Shown: positions 47,201 through 56,503 of the stretch, one piece after another
Numbering within the stretch: the stretch's first letter is position 1
Layout: each line of letters opens with the position of its first letter
Assembly: GCA_965248195.1 (NCBI GenBank)
Contig: CBDFIQ010000001.1
Location: 512,001-576,000 of the forward strand
DNA length: 64,000 nucleotides
Origin: Longimicrobiales bacterium
GTDB lineage: Bacteria; Gemmatimonadota; Gemmatimonadetes; Longimicrobiales; Gaopeijiaceae
Direction of reading: 5' to 3'
Notes under the pieces: generated by a model
Databases searched by the model: none
What the model saw: the letters and a program-made list of their open reading frames with translations, nothing else
Told to the model about the DNA's origin: nothing
Position numbers and translations under genes: made by a program

Positions 47201-47241
47201 ACCGCATTCTCCCTTCTACGAGAGACGACCGTGAACCGTGA
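44224..47241 (+). CDS. Secreted BNR/VPS10-repeat glycosyl hydrolase-like protein
   Basis: Many S-x-D-G-G-x-T-W repeats, GGMQDN, GTHG. Confidence 0.9.
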   Translation: MRLDSTMPTPMRRQSLLVLACFVPWSGLLLDPGALVAQTAPTGEVATITEAQLEAFMPRLIGPAVTGGRVHDVEALAHDPSTIFVASASGGLWKTTNRGQTWRNVFSDQAVSTFGDVAIAPSDPNVLYAGTGEQNNRQSSSWGDGVYRSDDGGETWRHLGLVETRHVGKVLVHPRDPDIAYVAALGNLWRGNEERGVYRTRDGGRTWERVLYLDEFTGAVDLVMNPQNPRILYAATYQRLRRTWGFNGGGPGSGIHRSVDGGDTWRELTNGIPVGDKGRIGLAISESNPLVLNALIEHADEAEQGTYRSEDGGATWTRVNSLDPRPMYYSEIFIDPSEPERVYVLGTSAYKSEDGGRTFSEIAERPTYDVGVHADHHALWIDPGDPNHLYLAGDSGLWETYDRGVNFRKINNIPIGQFYAIGVDNQDPYYVYGGMQDNHSWMGPSETRRWIGILNDDWQQTGFGDGMYQQVDPTNHRYVYANSNGGGYYRMDPETGDMLDIRPRAPEGEPNYRWDWVSPSLVSRHDPAVVYLGGNRLFISRDHGGSWIRTEDLSRRQDRDELELMGVRGADIDISRHDGASSYGEITVLAESPVDPQVLWVGTDDGNLQMSRDGGRTWSERSGNVRGVRDGTYVSRIVASRSGAGIAYVTFDAHRDGDFEPYIFRTSDFGETWTSLAADLPSGSVNSMAEHPDNPNVLFAGTEHGLFVSTSAGTRWAKLSHLPTTHVDDLVLHPREKDLVIGTHGQSVWILDDTTPLAEWTADVAAARVHVFTIQRATIFNYRKDTSYRGQAEFHGTNPVDGAVITYALGPGRGAATLQISNALGRIVRELIVPSDPGVHRVNWDLRHGTSDRPQVWIRHDDSQLARPIGTKGPWISPGTYTVTLEARGATFTQTVEVRGDPLLSVTQAMYEEREAYLLELLTIERRIDEARPDLGCGSSADGPETEADLCQVQREARRLMEALGGGDVRPGSLHPPTPEHIRRKTVIEDRLDRILPSTRDDREP

Positions 47242-47253
47242 TGAGCGAAAACG

Positions 47254-47646
47254 ATGAGTAATTTCCTGTTGAACGCACACTCAGGCCTCCGCTACCTGAT
47301 TCTCCTCGGAGGCGTCTTGACCGTTCTTTACGCGGCATACGGAACGGTTTCAGGCCGAGCCTATGACAAGACGATGAGGATCTTGGCAAGCAGCTTTGTC
47401 GGCACCATACATCTGCAGATCCTTCTTGGGCTCGCTTTGCTGTTTTCCGGCCTGTTCCAGCCAGCGTTGACGGGGCACCTCTTCATGATGGTGTTCGCTG
47501 CGGCAGCGGCACAGATTCCGGTGTCGGTGATGCGCCGTAGGCCGGAGGAGCTGAAGTCCTACCTGCCCCACGGCGTCGGAGCGCTCGCGGCACTGGCGAT
47601 GATCGCGGCTGGGATCCTGGCCATCGGGCGTCCGATTGTCGGCTAA
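47254..47646 (+). CDS. Small 4-TM membrane protein with conserved-looking His residues
   Basis: AHSGLRYL, IHLQILLG, GHLFMM. Confidence 0.75.
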   Translation: MSNFLLNAHSGLRYLILLGGVLTVLYAAYGTVSGRAYDKTMRILASSFVGTIHLQILLGLALLFSGLFQPALTGHLFMMVFAAAAAQIPVSVMRRRPEELKSYLPHGVGALAALAMIAAGILAIGRPIVG

Positions 47647-47660
47647 AGCGTAAAGCGCAC

Positions 47661-48863
47661 ATGGCCTCGTCGGCTGACACCGCCTCACATGCGAGTCCCG
47701 ACCTCGGTCTCGTGATGGGTGGCGGCGGAGCGAGAGCCGCCTATCAGGTCGGGTTTCTGTGCTACCTGGCACGGCAGTTCCCCGATCTCAAGGTACCTAT
47801 CGTCACCGGTGTGTCTTCGGGCGGAATCAACGCCGCGCTCTTGGCCTCCCATCACGGCTCCTTTGGCCAAGCCGTAGGAGAGTTGGTTTCCCTCTGGAAG
47901 CGCTTGACCGTAGAGGAAGTGTTCCGGGTCGACGTGCCTTCCCTGAGCTGGATTGGTCTGCGCTGGGTCTTCCAGCTCCTATCGGGAGGGGTGGGCGGTG
48001 CGGCCCGAGTGCGGGGCCTGGTGGATACGACACCCCTGAGGAACTACCTGTCCGAGGTGCTCCATGCCGTGAACGGCGAGCTTACGGGCATCCAATACAA
48101 CTTGGCGGTGGGGAAGCTCAAGGCGGTCGCGCTGAGCACCTCGAGCTACACGACGGGGCAGTCGCTGACGTGGATCCAGGGACGTGATCTTCACGATTGG
48201 ACGCGTCCCCAGCGTCGCTCCCAGCAGGCCGTGTTGACCATCGATCACGTCATGGCGTCGTCGGCCCTTCCCTTGTTCTTTCCGGCAGTCGAGATCGACG
48301 ATGAATACTTCGGAGACGGCGGCCTGCGGCTCTCGGCTCCGCTTTCGCCCGCCATTCATCTCGGCGCCGAAAAGATCCTGGCAATCTCCACCCGGTACAG
48401 GCGAACCGCCGCCGAGGCCGCGCTTCCCGACGTCACGGGCTACCCCCCTCCCGCCCAGGTTCTGGGCGTCCTCCTGAACTCGGTGTTTCTCGATCTCCTG
48501 GATCAAGACGCGCTCCGGATGGAGCGCTTGAACCACGTGCTGGGAAAGCTGCCACCCGAGGACAGGGATGGCCTGCGACCGGTGAGTTTGCTGGTCTTGC
48601 GGCCCTCGCTCGACTTAGGGCGCCTCGCGAACGAGTTCGAGCCTCAACTCCCCAAGACCTTCCGGTTCCTCACGCGCGGCCTCGGTACGAAGCAGATCAA
48701 GAGTCCGGACTTTCTGAGCATGGTGCTCTTCGAGCCCGAGTACATCGGCCGACTCATCGAACTCGGCGAAGCGGACGCGGAGGCCCGCGCCGACGAGATC
48801 GACTCCTTCATCCGATCCGGAACAACCGGCGCCGCAGGAGATGGACCGGATCCGACGGTCTGA
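47661..48863 (+). CDS. Patatin-like phospholipase
   Basis: GGGARAAY, GVSSG, DGG. Confidence 0.92.
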   Translation: MASSADTASHASPDLGLVMGGGGARAAYQVGFLCYLARQFPDLKVPIVTGVSSGGINAALLASHHGSFGQAVGELVSLWKRLTVEEVFRVDVPSLSWIGLRWVFQLLSGGVGGAARVRGLVDTTPLRNYLSEVLHAVNGELTGIQYNLAVGKLKAVALSTSSYTTGQSLTWIQGRDLHDWTRPQRRSQQAVLTIDHVMASSALPLFFPAVEIDDEYFGDGGLRLSAPLSPAIHLGAEKILAISTRYRRTAAEAALPDVTGYPPPAQVLGVLLNSVFLDLLDQDALRMERLNHVLGKLPPEDRDGLRPVSLLVLRPSLDLGRLANEFEPQLPKTFRFLTRGLGTKQIKSPDFLSMVLFEPEYIGRLIELGEADAEARADEIDSFIRSGTTGAAGDGPDPTV

Positions 48864-48964
48864 CTCGAAAAGGAGAAACAACGCCGAGTGGTTCGGGGTT
48901 AGATTTAGGGTACAGCGAGATCGCAAGCCGACTCCCGCCCGGCCCGAAAACGGGGAGTTCTACG

Positions 48965-50941
48965 ATGTCTCAAGAATCCAAAAAGAGCCTCGCCACGGAG
49001 CAGGAAGCCCGGCAGGTGGCGGAGGCCGCTCGCGAAACGGAGTGGAAAGACCGGAGCTTCGCTCGCGGACTCTACAACGGGAAGCTTGACCTTTCCCTCG
49101 TCCATCCACTGCCCCAGCCGGATCCGGAGGTCGAGGCCCGCGCCCAGCCGTTCCTCGAGAAGTTGGAGGCCTTCACCCGCGCACACATCGATGGCGATGC
49201 CATCGACCGGGACCGGTGGGTACCACAGGAAGTGCTCGATGGCTTGGCAGAGATCGGTGCGTTCGGGATCAAGATCCCGACCGAATATGGGGGACTCGGG
49301 CTCTCGCAGTATCAGTACAACAAGGCTCTGGCCATCGTGGGTAGCCGTTGCGCGTCCACCGGGGCGTTTCTTTCGGCTCATCAGTCGATCGGGGCCCCCC
49401 AGCCACTCTTGTATTTCGGCACAGAAGAGCAGAAGCGGAAATACCTGCCGCGATTGGCCCGAGGCGAGCTGTCCGCGTTCGCGTTGACCGAGCAGGATGT
49501 CGGTTCGGATCCGGCCAACCTCTCCACGCACGCCGAGCTGTCCGACGACGGCGAGCACTGGATCCTGAACGGCACGAAGCTCTGGTGCACGAACGGACCA
49601 CGGGCCGCCATAATCGTGGTCATGGTTCGCACGCCGGCGAGGGAGGGCGTACGAAGCCGCAAGCCGATCACCGCCTTCATCGTAGAGACGGCGTGGGAGG
49701 GTGTCGAGGTGGTACAGACGTGCAGCTTCATGGGGCTCAACGGCTTGTCCAACGGCGTGCTGACATTCGACAACGTGAAGGTCCCGAAGGAGAATCTGCT
49801 CTGGGGTGAGGGCAGGGGACTGAAGCTCGCCCTTATTACGCTGAACACGGGCCGACTGTCGATTCCCGCGTTCTGCGCCGGCGGAGCCAAAGCCGCCCTG
49901 CTCGTGAGCCGACAGTGGGCCGCGGAGCGCTTCCAGTGGGGAGCACCGGTCGGCAAGCACGGAGCGGTAGCGCAAATGCTGGGCAAGATGGCAGCCAATA
50001 CATTCGCGCTCGATTCCGTGGTCGAACTCACCGCCTTGATGGCCGACGCCAAGACCTTCGACATTCGTCTCGAGGCGGCCATCGCGAAAATGTGGAACAG
50101 CGAGGTCAGCTTCAAGGTGTTCGACGACGCGATTCAGATACGGGGAGGCAGAGGGTACGAGAGAGCCGATTCGTTGCGGGAGCGCGGCGAGGATCCGTAT
50201 CCACTGGAGCGGGGCTTCCGGGACTCGCGCATCAACCTGATTTTCGAGGGGTCCAGTGAGATCATGAGGCTCTTCATCGCCCGGGAGGCCGTCGACAGCC
50301 ACCTGAGCGTCGCCGGGGATCTGATCGATCCCAAAGCACCGACCGGCCGGCGCCTCGCGGCGCTGCTCCGCTCAGGGCTCCACTACGCCGTGTGGTATCC
50401 GAGCCGGTGGCTCACATGGGGGCGGTGGCCCCGCTATCGGGAATTCGGCCCGCTGGCCAAGCACCTGCGCTACGTGAATCGAACGGCGGGGCGCCTCGCC
50501 CGCTCCATCTTTTATGCAATGATCCGCTTCGGCCCAGGCCTAGAACGCAAACAGGCGATCCTCGGCAGGATCGTGGAGATCGGAGCCGAGCTCTTCGTCA
50601 TGGTGGCCACGGCCGTGCACGCGAAGGCTCTGGTCGACAAGAACCCATCCGACCGCTCGCCGTACGAGCTCGCGGACCTGTTCTGCCGCCAGGCCCGAAC
50701 GCGCATCCAAGAGCGGTTCGGCCATATGTTCGCCAACAACGACGTTGCGACATACCGCGTTGCACAAGACGCGATGGAGGGAGCGTTCGAGTGGCTGGAG
50801 GAGGGGCTGCTCACCACGGATTGGGTGGCCCAGCCGGACGGCGGAGCCGAAGCCCAGAGTACTAGAGAAGGCATTGCTTCCGCTGAGTCACAGGAAGAGC
50901 CTACCCCGGCGTCCATTCGCGAACCGGCGGGACAAGCTTAA
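48965..50941 (+). CDS. Acyl-CoA dehydrogenase (long, VLCAD/FadE10-like)
   Basis: FALTEQDVGSD, LNGTKLWCTN, IQIRGGRGY, IFEGSSEI, extra C-terminal helical domain. Confidence 0.93.
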   Translation: MSQESKKSLATEQEARQVAEAARETEWKDRSFARGLYNGKLDLSLVHPLPQPDPEVEARAQPFLEKLEAFTRAHIDGDAIDRDRWVPQEVLDGLAEIGAFGIKIPTEYGGLGLSQYQYNKALAIVGSRCASTGAFLSAHQSIGAPQPLLYFGTEEQKRKYLPRLARGELSAFALTEQDVGSDPANLSTHAELSDDGEHWILNGTKLWCTNGPRAAIIVVMVRTPAREGVRSRKPITAFIVETAWEGVEVVQTCSFMGLNGLSNGVLTFDNVKVPKENLLWGEGRGLKLALITLNTGRLSIPAFCAGGAKAALLVSRQWAAERFQWGAPVGKHGAVAQMLGKMAANTFALDSVVELTALMADAKTFDIRLEAAIAKMWNSEVSFKVFDDAIQIRGGRGYERADSLRERGEDPYPLERGFRDSRINLIFEGSSEIMRLFIAREAVDSHLSVAGDLIDPKAPTGRRLAALLRSGLHYAVWYPSRWLTWGRWPRYREFGPLAKHLRYVNRTAGRLARSIFYAMIRFGPGLERKQAILGRIVEIGAELFVMVATAVHAKALVDKNPSDRSPYELADLFCRQARTRIQERFGHMFANNDVATYRVAQDAMEGAFEWLEEGLLTTDWVAQPDGGAEAQSTREGIASAESQEEPTPASIREPAGQA

Positions 50942-50971
50942 GAAAACCGGCCTCGCGTCCGGCCGGCGCCC

Positions 50972-52747
50972 TCACGGCACCGCTGGCTCGTGGGTCTGGC
51001 GCCGGTAGAGTCGATCGTAGACCTCGCTCCGTTCGAGCAACTCTGAGTGCGAGCCTTCGTTGACGATCCTGCCTTGATCGAGAACAAGAATCCGGTCTGA
51101 CCGGATCACCGTCGAGAGGCGGTGCGCGATCACCAGAGTGGTCCGGCCCCGCATCAGACGCTCCAGCGCATCCTGGACCAGCGCTTCGCTTTCGGAGTCG
51201 AGGCTGCTCGACGCCTCGTCGAGGATCAGGAGCTTGGGCCGCTCGAGCATCACACGGGCGATGGCGATCCGCTGCCTCTGTCCCGCACTGAGTGTCACCC
51301 CCCGCTCCCCCACCACTTGATCGTACCCATCCGGCAAGGTCTCGATGAACTCGACGGCGTGAGCGGCCCGTGAAACCTCCTCGATTTCCGCCTGGCTCGC
51401 ATCGAGATCGCCGTACACGAGGTTCTCACGCACGGTCCCTGCGAAGAGCATGGGCTCCTGTGGAACGATCCCGACCCGGCTCCGCAAGTCATCGAGAGCC
51501 AGATCTCGGACATCGACCCCGTCGAACGTGACCGAGCCCTGCTCGACGTCAAAAAAGCGCGGAATCAGCGAGGCGAGGGTGCTCTTGCCGGATCCCGAGC
51601 TCCCGACGAGAGCCACGGTCTCTCCCTCATCGAGAACGAGATCTATTCCGTCCAACACCCTGGGGAGGTCGGGCTCGTACCGGAACGTGACACCCTCGTA
51701 ACGGACCACGCCGCGTGCGGGCGTCGGCAATACCCTCGGGTCTGTGGGCGATTTGATGGCCACGGGGTGGTCCAAGATCTCGAAGATGCGTCGCGCTGCA
51801 CCCGCAGCCTCCTGGAGGTTTCCCCAGAATCCCGCCAGGGACGTGATGGCACCCGAGATCGTGACGGCATAGAGGAGGAATGCCACGAGTGTCCCCGGGC
51901 TCAGCGCTCCGGCCAAAACGAGGCGCCCCCCCTCCCAAAGCACCATGACCACGGCGCCGAACGCCGCAAAGGTGACCGCCCCCGTGAGGCTCGCTCGTGC
52001 CATGGCTCTGCGAAGTCCTTCGTCCCGCGCCTGGTTGACCGCGCCCAAGTAGGCCTCGTTCTCGTGGGGCTCACGCGTGAAGCTCTGGACGGTGCGGATC
52101 TGCGTGAACACCTGCTCCGCCCTGGAAACCGCATCGGCCAAGCGATCCTGAATTCGCGTGCTCAGACGTCTCACCCTGCGCCCGAAGAACCACGCCACCA
52201 AGGCAGCGAACGGAATGGCCGTCAGCGTAACCAGCGTGAGTCGCGGGTGCGTGATCGTCACCAACACCAAGGCCCCGACCAGAAAGGTGACCTGGCGAAT
52301 GATCTCCGGAACACCGAAGCGAAGAACGCCTTGAATCAAGCCCGAGTCGGAAGCGAGCCGGGTGGAGAGCTCGCCGACTCGCCCTTTGGCGAAAAATCCG
52401 GGCGGCTGACAAACCAACCCGCCGAAAAGGTCCCGTCGCAGATCGGCCACCACCTTTTCCGATACCGCAGCGGTCAGATAACTTTGCACGAAATTGATCA
52501 CCGCCAACACGGCGAACAACGAAATCAGTCCGATGGCGATTCGGTTGAGAAGCGCCGGATCTCCAGCCAGGAAGGCGGCGTCGAGGAGTTCACGAACGAC
52601 CAGCGGGAACGCCAAGCCGATGCCGACGCTGCAGAGCATCAGGACGCCAGCCAGAAGTAACGGTGCCCAGTATGGCCGTACGCGGGGGCCCAACCGCCGG
52701 AGGAACCCGATGGTCCCCTTGGCGGTCAGCCGCTCTTGGCGCGACAC
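50972..52747 (-). CDS. ABC exporter, fused permease/ATPase (MsbA-like)
   Basis: GSSGSGKS, LSAGQRQR, LILDEA, IAHRLST. Confidence 0.93.
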   Translation of the reverse strand: MSRQERLTAKGTIGFLRRLGPRVRPYWAPLLLAGVLMLCSVGIGLAFPLVVRELLDAAFLAGDPALLNRIAIGLISLFAVLAVINFVQSYLTAAVSEKVVADLRRDLFGGLVCQPPGFFAKGRVGELSTRLASDSGLIQGVLRFGVPEIIRQVTFLVGALVLVTITHPRLTLVTLTAIPFAALVAWFFGRRVRRLSTRIQDRLADAVSRAEQVFTQIRTVQSFTREPHENEAYLGAVNQARDEGLRRAMARASLTGAVTFAAFGAVVMVLWEGGRLVLAGALSPGTLVAFLLYAVTISGAITSLAGFWGNLQEAAGAARRIFEILDHPVAIKSPTDPRVLPTPARGVVRYEGVTFRYEPDLPRVLDGIDLVLDEGETVALVGSSGSGKSTLASLIPRFFDVEQGSVTFDGVDVRDLALDDLRSRVGIVPQEPMLFAGTVRENLVYGDLDASQAEIEEVSRAAHAVEFIETLPDGYDQVVGERGVTLSAGQRQRIAIARVMLERPKLLILDEASSSLDSESEALVQDALERLMRGRTTLVIAHRLSTVIRSDRILVLDQGRIVNEGSHSELLERSEVYDRLYRRQTHEPAVP

Positions 52748-52839
52748 AGGAGCGCCCTCTTATGTAATCGATCCATGGTCGGACAGGTGATATCTCCGAA
52801 AGGGTTGATTCCAAACCGAGACATGCGCGAGAATCCGGG

Positions 52840-53814
52840 ATGAACACAGAACACCATTATAGAGCATTTTACATTACGACGGTGTGGACCCTCGGCCTGT
52901 TGTTTCTCGGCAGCGTCGTTCACGCGACGGGGTCGAGCCTTGCTTGCCCCGATTGGCCCACCTGCTACGGGACGATGTTACCCGATATGACGGGCGGCGT
53001 TTTCTGGGAGCACCTGCACCGACTCGTCGCCGGGGGCCTCGTTCTGATCTTCATGGCGGCAACCTACATGGCCTGGAGACCCGAAGCCGGTCGCCCAGCG
53101 ATTCGTAGGTGGGCGCTGGCCGGAATCGGACTGCTGCTGGTGCAAAGTCTCTTCGGCGGACTCACCGTGTTGATGGGGCTTCCAGATGCGGTCTCGACCA
53201 CGCATCTGGCGTTGGCGTTCCTCTTTCTCGCTTTGGCGACGGGCTTGACGGTGGTCACGTCTCCAGGCTGGAGTGGGGGCGGTGGCCGCGGCGAGCGGCT
53301 TCTCCACCTCCGCACCCTGGCTGTTTTCGGGGCCGTTCTCACCTTTCTCCAGTCGGTCCTGGGAGCGGCGGTCCGCCACATGGATGCGGGGCTGGTGTGC
53401 CCGGATGTTCCTCTTTGCCTCGGGCGGTGGATCCCGCCTCTGCAGACCGCGACCGTTGCCGTGCACTTCGGCCATCGCGTCACAGGGTTACTCCTGTTGA
53501 TCACGTTGCTGACTCTCACGGTCCGGGCCGTGCGGAGCCTAGATCCTTCCGTTGAGCGTACTCTAGCGATCTCGGGAGGCGTTCTCGTGACGCTGCAGGT
53601 GCTTTTGGGCTTCTTGTCCGTGTATACGCGGTTGGCGGTCCTGCCGGTGTCCTTTCACACGCTCTTGGCTGCGGGAATTCTCACGGTTACGGTGGGGGTC
53701 GCGGTGATGACGTGGGCGCCCCGGGAAGACTCCCGCGATTCGAGCCGGCCGGCCGAGCTCGGAGCGGTCGGACATGGAGCAGTCGGCCGTGGAGCGGTCG
53801 GACATGGAGGCTGA
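52840..53814 (+). CDS. ctaA: Heme A synthase (COX15/CtaA)
   Basis: CPDWPTC, EHLHR, CPDVPLC, HFGHR; 8 TM helices. Confidence 0.9.
   Translation: MNTEHHYRAFYITTVWTLGLLFLGSVVHATGSSLACPDWPTCYGTMLPDMTGGVFWEHLHRLVAGGLVLIFMAATYMAWRPEAGRPAIRRWALAGIGLLLVQSLFGGLTVLMGLPDAVSTTHLALAFLFLALATGLTVVTSPGWSGGGGRGERLLHLRTLAVFGAVLTFLQSVLGAAVRHMDAGLVCPDVPLCLGRWIPPLQTATVAVHFGHRVTGLLLLITLLTLTVRAVRSLDPSVERTLAISGGVLVTLQVLLGFLSVYTRLAVLPVSFHTLLAAGILTVTVGVAVMTWAPREDSRDSSRPAELGAVGHGAVGRGAVGHGG
53761..53805. repeat. 15-bp tandem repeat x3
   Basis: ggagcggtcggacat / ggagcagtcggccgt / ggagcggtcggacat. Confidence 0.9.
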
Positions 53815-54241
53815 GGCGTTCGGGGCCCTTCTGGCAAGAACCAATGCCACTCTGAATCTCTCCAGTGGTATCCTGCTCATGGTCGGGTGGGGCTTCATTC
53901 GCCGGGGGGACATCCGTCGCCATCGCTTGAGCATGCTGGGGGCGTTCGCCACCTCCAGCCTGTTTCTGATCTTCTACGTCACGCGCCTTACGATCACGGG
54001 CACCCATTCCTTCGCAGGCGAGGGCGTCGCGAGGGCGATCTACCTGGGAATCCTTTCTTCCCACATTATCCTGGCGATTCTGATCGTTCCCTGCGTGTTT
54101 CGACTCCTATACCTGGTATGGAAGGAACGCTTTCAGGACCACCGTCGGCTGGCTCGCTGGGTCTTCCCGGCCTGGCTCTACGTGTCGGTTACTGGATTCG
54201 TCGTCTACGTCCTGCTCTATCATGTGTACGGATATGTGTAG
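53804..54241 (+). CDS. DUF420 family membrane protein
   Basis: NATLN, HR..ML.AF..S.LFL..Y, HRRLARW..P.WLYVSVTG. In-frame alternative starts at 53774 and 53789. Confidence 0.9.
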   Translation: MEAEAFGALLARTNATLNLSSGILLMVGWGFIRRGDIRRHRLSMLGAFATSSLFLIFYVTRLTITGTHSFAGEGVARAIYLGILSSHIILAILIVPCVFRLLYLVWKERFQDHRRLARWVFPAWLYVSVTGFVVYVLLYHVYGYV

Positions 54242-54253
54242 AAGGCTGTACGG

Positions 54254-56491
54254 GTGAGTGGGTTGGGGACAGTCACGGCAGCAATCACTGTCGTCCTGGG
54301 GGTCTGCACCCCTCTCGCGGCGCAGGACCGTACCCCCCCCGTATCCGCCGACTCCGTGCTGCCGTTGCCGGAGTTGAGGGTCGAGGTCGTTGGTCTGAGG
54401 ACAGGATCCGTGCCCATCGCCGACGTGCCGTTCCCTGTTCAGATCATCGCGGGATCCAACTTTCAGGGGGCGACAGGCTCCTCGATCGCAGACGCCCTGA
54501 CAGGCTCGGCCGGAGTCAACCTCACGAACCAAACCGGTAGCACGTCGCAGGCCGATATTCGCCTCCGTGGGTTTACGTCGTCCCCGATCGTGGGCGTCCC
54601 CCAAGGCGTGAGTGTGTTCGTCGACGGGGTGCGAGTGAATGAGGCCGACGCGGCGCAGGTGCACCTCTCGTTGATCCCTGGAGGCACCGTCGACCGCATC
54701 GAGTTGATCCGAGGCTCGGTCGGCGCCTTTGGAAGGAACTCACTGGCCGGAGCTCTCAACATCGTGACACGGCGGGGGACGGAACGATCGGTCGAGATGG
54801 AGATCGAGGGTGGGTCCTTCGGGTTGTTGAGAGGAGCCCTCGAAGCGTCGGGATCCGCCGGTAGCTTCGACGGATTTGCGGTGGCGTCGTACGACCGGTC
54901 CAACGGCTGGAGGCGCCTGAGCGGCACGGAGGCGCGCAGCCTCTTCGCCAAGACCGGCTGGCGTGGAGAAAGGACAGACGCGTGGCTCTCGTATACGTTC
55001 GCGTCCCACTCCCTGGAGGGTCCGGGCCCTCTGCCCGAGTCCTGGTTAGAGGGTGGTCCGCTCCCACCCGACATCACCAACCCCCCTGGCGATCGCCGGC
55101 GACTCCAGTACACGGGAGGTTCCGGCGATGTCTTCGTTCCCGGCCTTCACTTCCTGAGCGGACGGGTCGAGCGGCGGATCGGTGACGGCTGGACTCTTCA
55201 GGCAAGCTCCTTTGGGCGCCTGGCCGACTTCCGCCAGTCGAACGACAACATCACCGAGCCCGACGCGCTAGGCCTCACGGACATCCGCACCTTGGGTTCT
55301 GCCGCGCAGGTCAGCTACGAGCCCAACGATCGCTTGATTGCCACGGCAGGTGCCGAGTGGACGCGGAATGATGTGGAAATCCAGATCCGGGAGATCCCCA
55401 ACCAGACGTTTCCCCTCATCGTACCGGCGACGACGGAGCATCTCGAGACCGACGAGAACAATGTCGGCGCGTTCGGCGAGGTGTGGTGGAGGGCTCGCCC
55501 AAGCGTCGCACTGTACGGCTCCATTCGCTTCGATCATGTCAGACTCCCGGTGACAGACCTGCTCGATCCATCGGGGAGTGGGCGGAACACGTTCGCGCAG
55601 TGGTCTGGCGGGGCCGGCGTCAGCAAGCGTCTCGGCCAAGGTTGGAATACCTTCGCGAGCTACGGTCGAGGGTTCCGGGCGCCCGTGATTCTGGAGGTGA
55701 TGTGCGCGGATCCCAGCGACCCCTGCCAGCTTCCCTTCGAGCTCGGACCCGACCCCCCTCTGAAACCCGTCACCTCTGACACCTGGCAAGCCGGCTTGAG
55801 GATGACCAAACCCCGCGGCCAGGCCGAAGTCACGGCGTTCTGGTCCGAGGTCCGCGACGACATCTTCAACGTCACTGACCTCATTACGCCGACGCGCGGG
55901 TACTTCACGAATCTCGAACAAACCCGCCGCGTGGGCGTAGAAGCCTCGCTCGCGCTCATCCCCCTCGTGAGCCTGCCGTCCCTTTCCGTCCGCACGGTGG
56001 TGGGCTGGACCCGAGCGACCTTCGAATCGGAGGCCGTCCTGTCGGCGCCGTTCCTCGATGGCGACGACGGATCGGGCGATCCCCAGGACCCGAATGACCC
56101 GGACGGCCCGACCGCACCCCAAGTGGAGCCCGGAGACCGGTTCCCGATGGTCCCGAGCCTTACGGCGAGCGTCGGTGTGCGCTATGACCTGAACGAAGCC
56201 GTGTTCGAACTGACCGGAGGCTGGGTCGGCAGCCAGTTCCTGGTCGGGGATGAAGGGAACGACGCACTCGGAAAGCTCGACGGGTACACGCTCTTGCATA
56301 CGAGCGTAGAGAGAGATTTCGCGGGTGTGTTGTTTTACCTACGAGTTTCCAACGTCCTCGGTGCCGACTACCGCAGCTTCGGCATCCTGTCCGAAAACGT
56401 GCGCGGACCATCCGGTGGGGTGGAGCCGTTCCTGACGCCCGGCCACCCGAGGCAGCTAGTGGCAGGGATGCGGATTCGCTTGCAGGGGTGA
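54254..56491 (+). CDS. TonB-dependent receptor
   Basis: RGFTSSPIVGVPQGVSVFVDGVRVNE plug, CADPSDPCQLP loop, PGHPR C-terminus. Confidence 0.88.
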   Translation: MSGLGTVTAAITVVLGVCTPLAAQDRTPPVSADSVLPLPELRVEVVGLRTGSVPIADVPFPVQIIAGSNFQGATGSSIADALTGSAGVNLTNQTGSTSQADIRLRGFTSSPIVGVPQGVSVFVDGVRVNEADAAQVHLSLIPGGTVDRIELIRGSVGAFGRNSLAGALNIVTRRGTERSVEMEIEGGSFGLLRGALEASGSAGSFDGFAVASYDRSNGWRRLSGTEARSLFAKTGWRGERTDAWLSYTFASHSLEGPGPLPESWLEGGPLPPDITNPPGDRRRLQYTGGSGDVFVPGLHFLSGRVERRIGDGWTLQASSFGRLADFRQSNDNITEPDALGLTDIRTLGSAAQVSYEPNDRLIATAGAEWTRNDVEIQIREIPNQTFPLIVPATTEHLETDENNVGAFGEVWWRARPSVALYGSIRFDHVRLPVTDLLDPSGSGRNTFAQWSGGAGVSKRLGQGWNTFASYGRGFRAPVILEVMCADPSDPCQLPFELGPDPPLKPVTSDTWQAGLRMTKPRGQAEVTAFWSEVRDDIFNVTDLITPTRGYFTNLEQTRRVGVEASLALIPLVSLPSLSVRTVVGWTRATFESEAVLSAPFLDGDDGSGDPQDPNDPDGPTAPQVEPGDRFPMVPSLTASVGVRYDLNEAVFELTGGWVGSQFLVGDEGNDALGKLDGYTLLHTSVERDFAGVLFYLRVSNVLGADYRSFGILSENVRGPSGGVEPFLTPGHPRQLVAGMRIRLQG

Positions 56492-56503
56492 GTGTCTTCC
56501 CTC

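Noticed and set aside
48905..50302. 465-aa antisense ORF
   Set aside because: Shadow of the acyl-CoA dehydrogenase; typical of GC-rich DNA and without motifs.
52800..52820. TTGAT half-site upstream of ctaA (FNR-like)
   Set aside because: There is no ATCAA second half.
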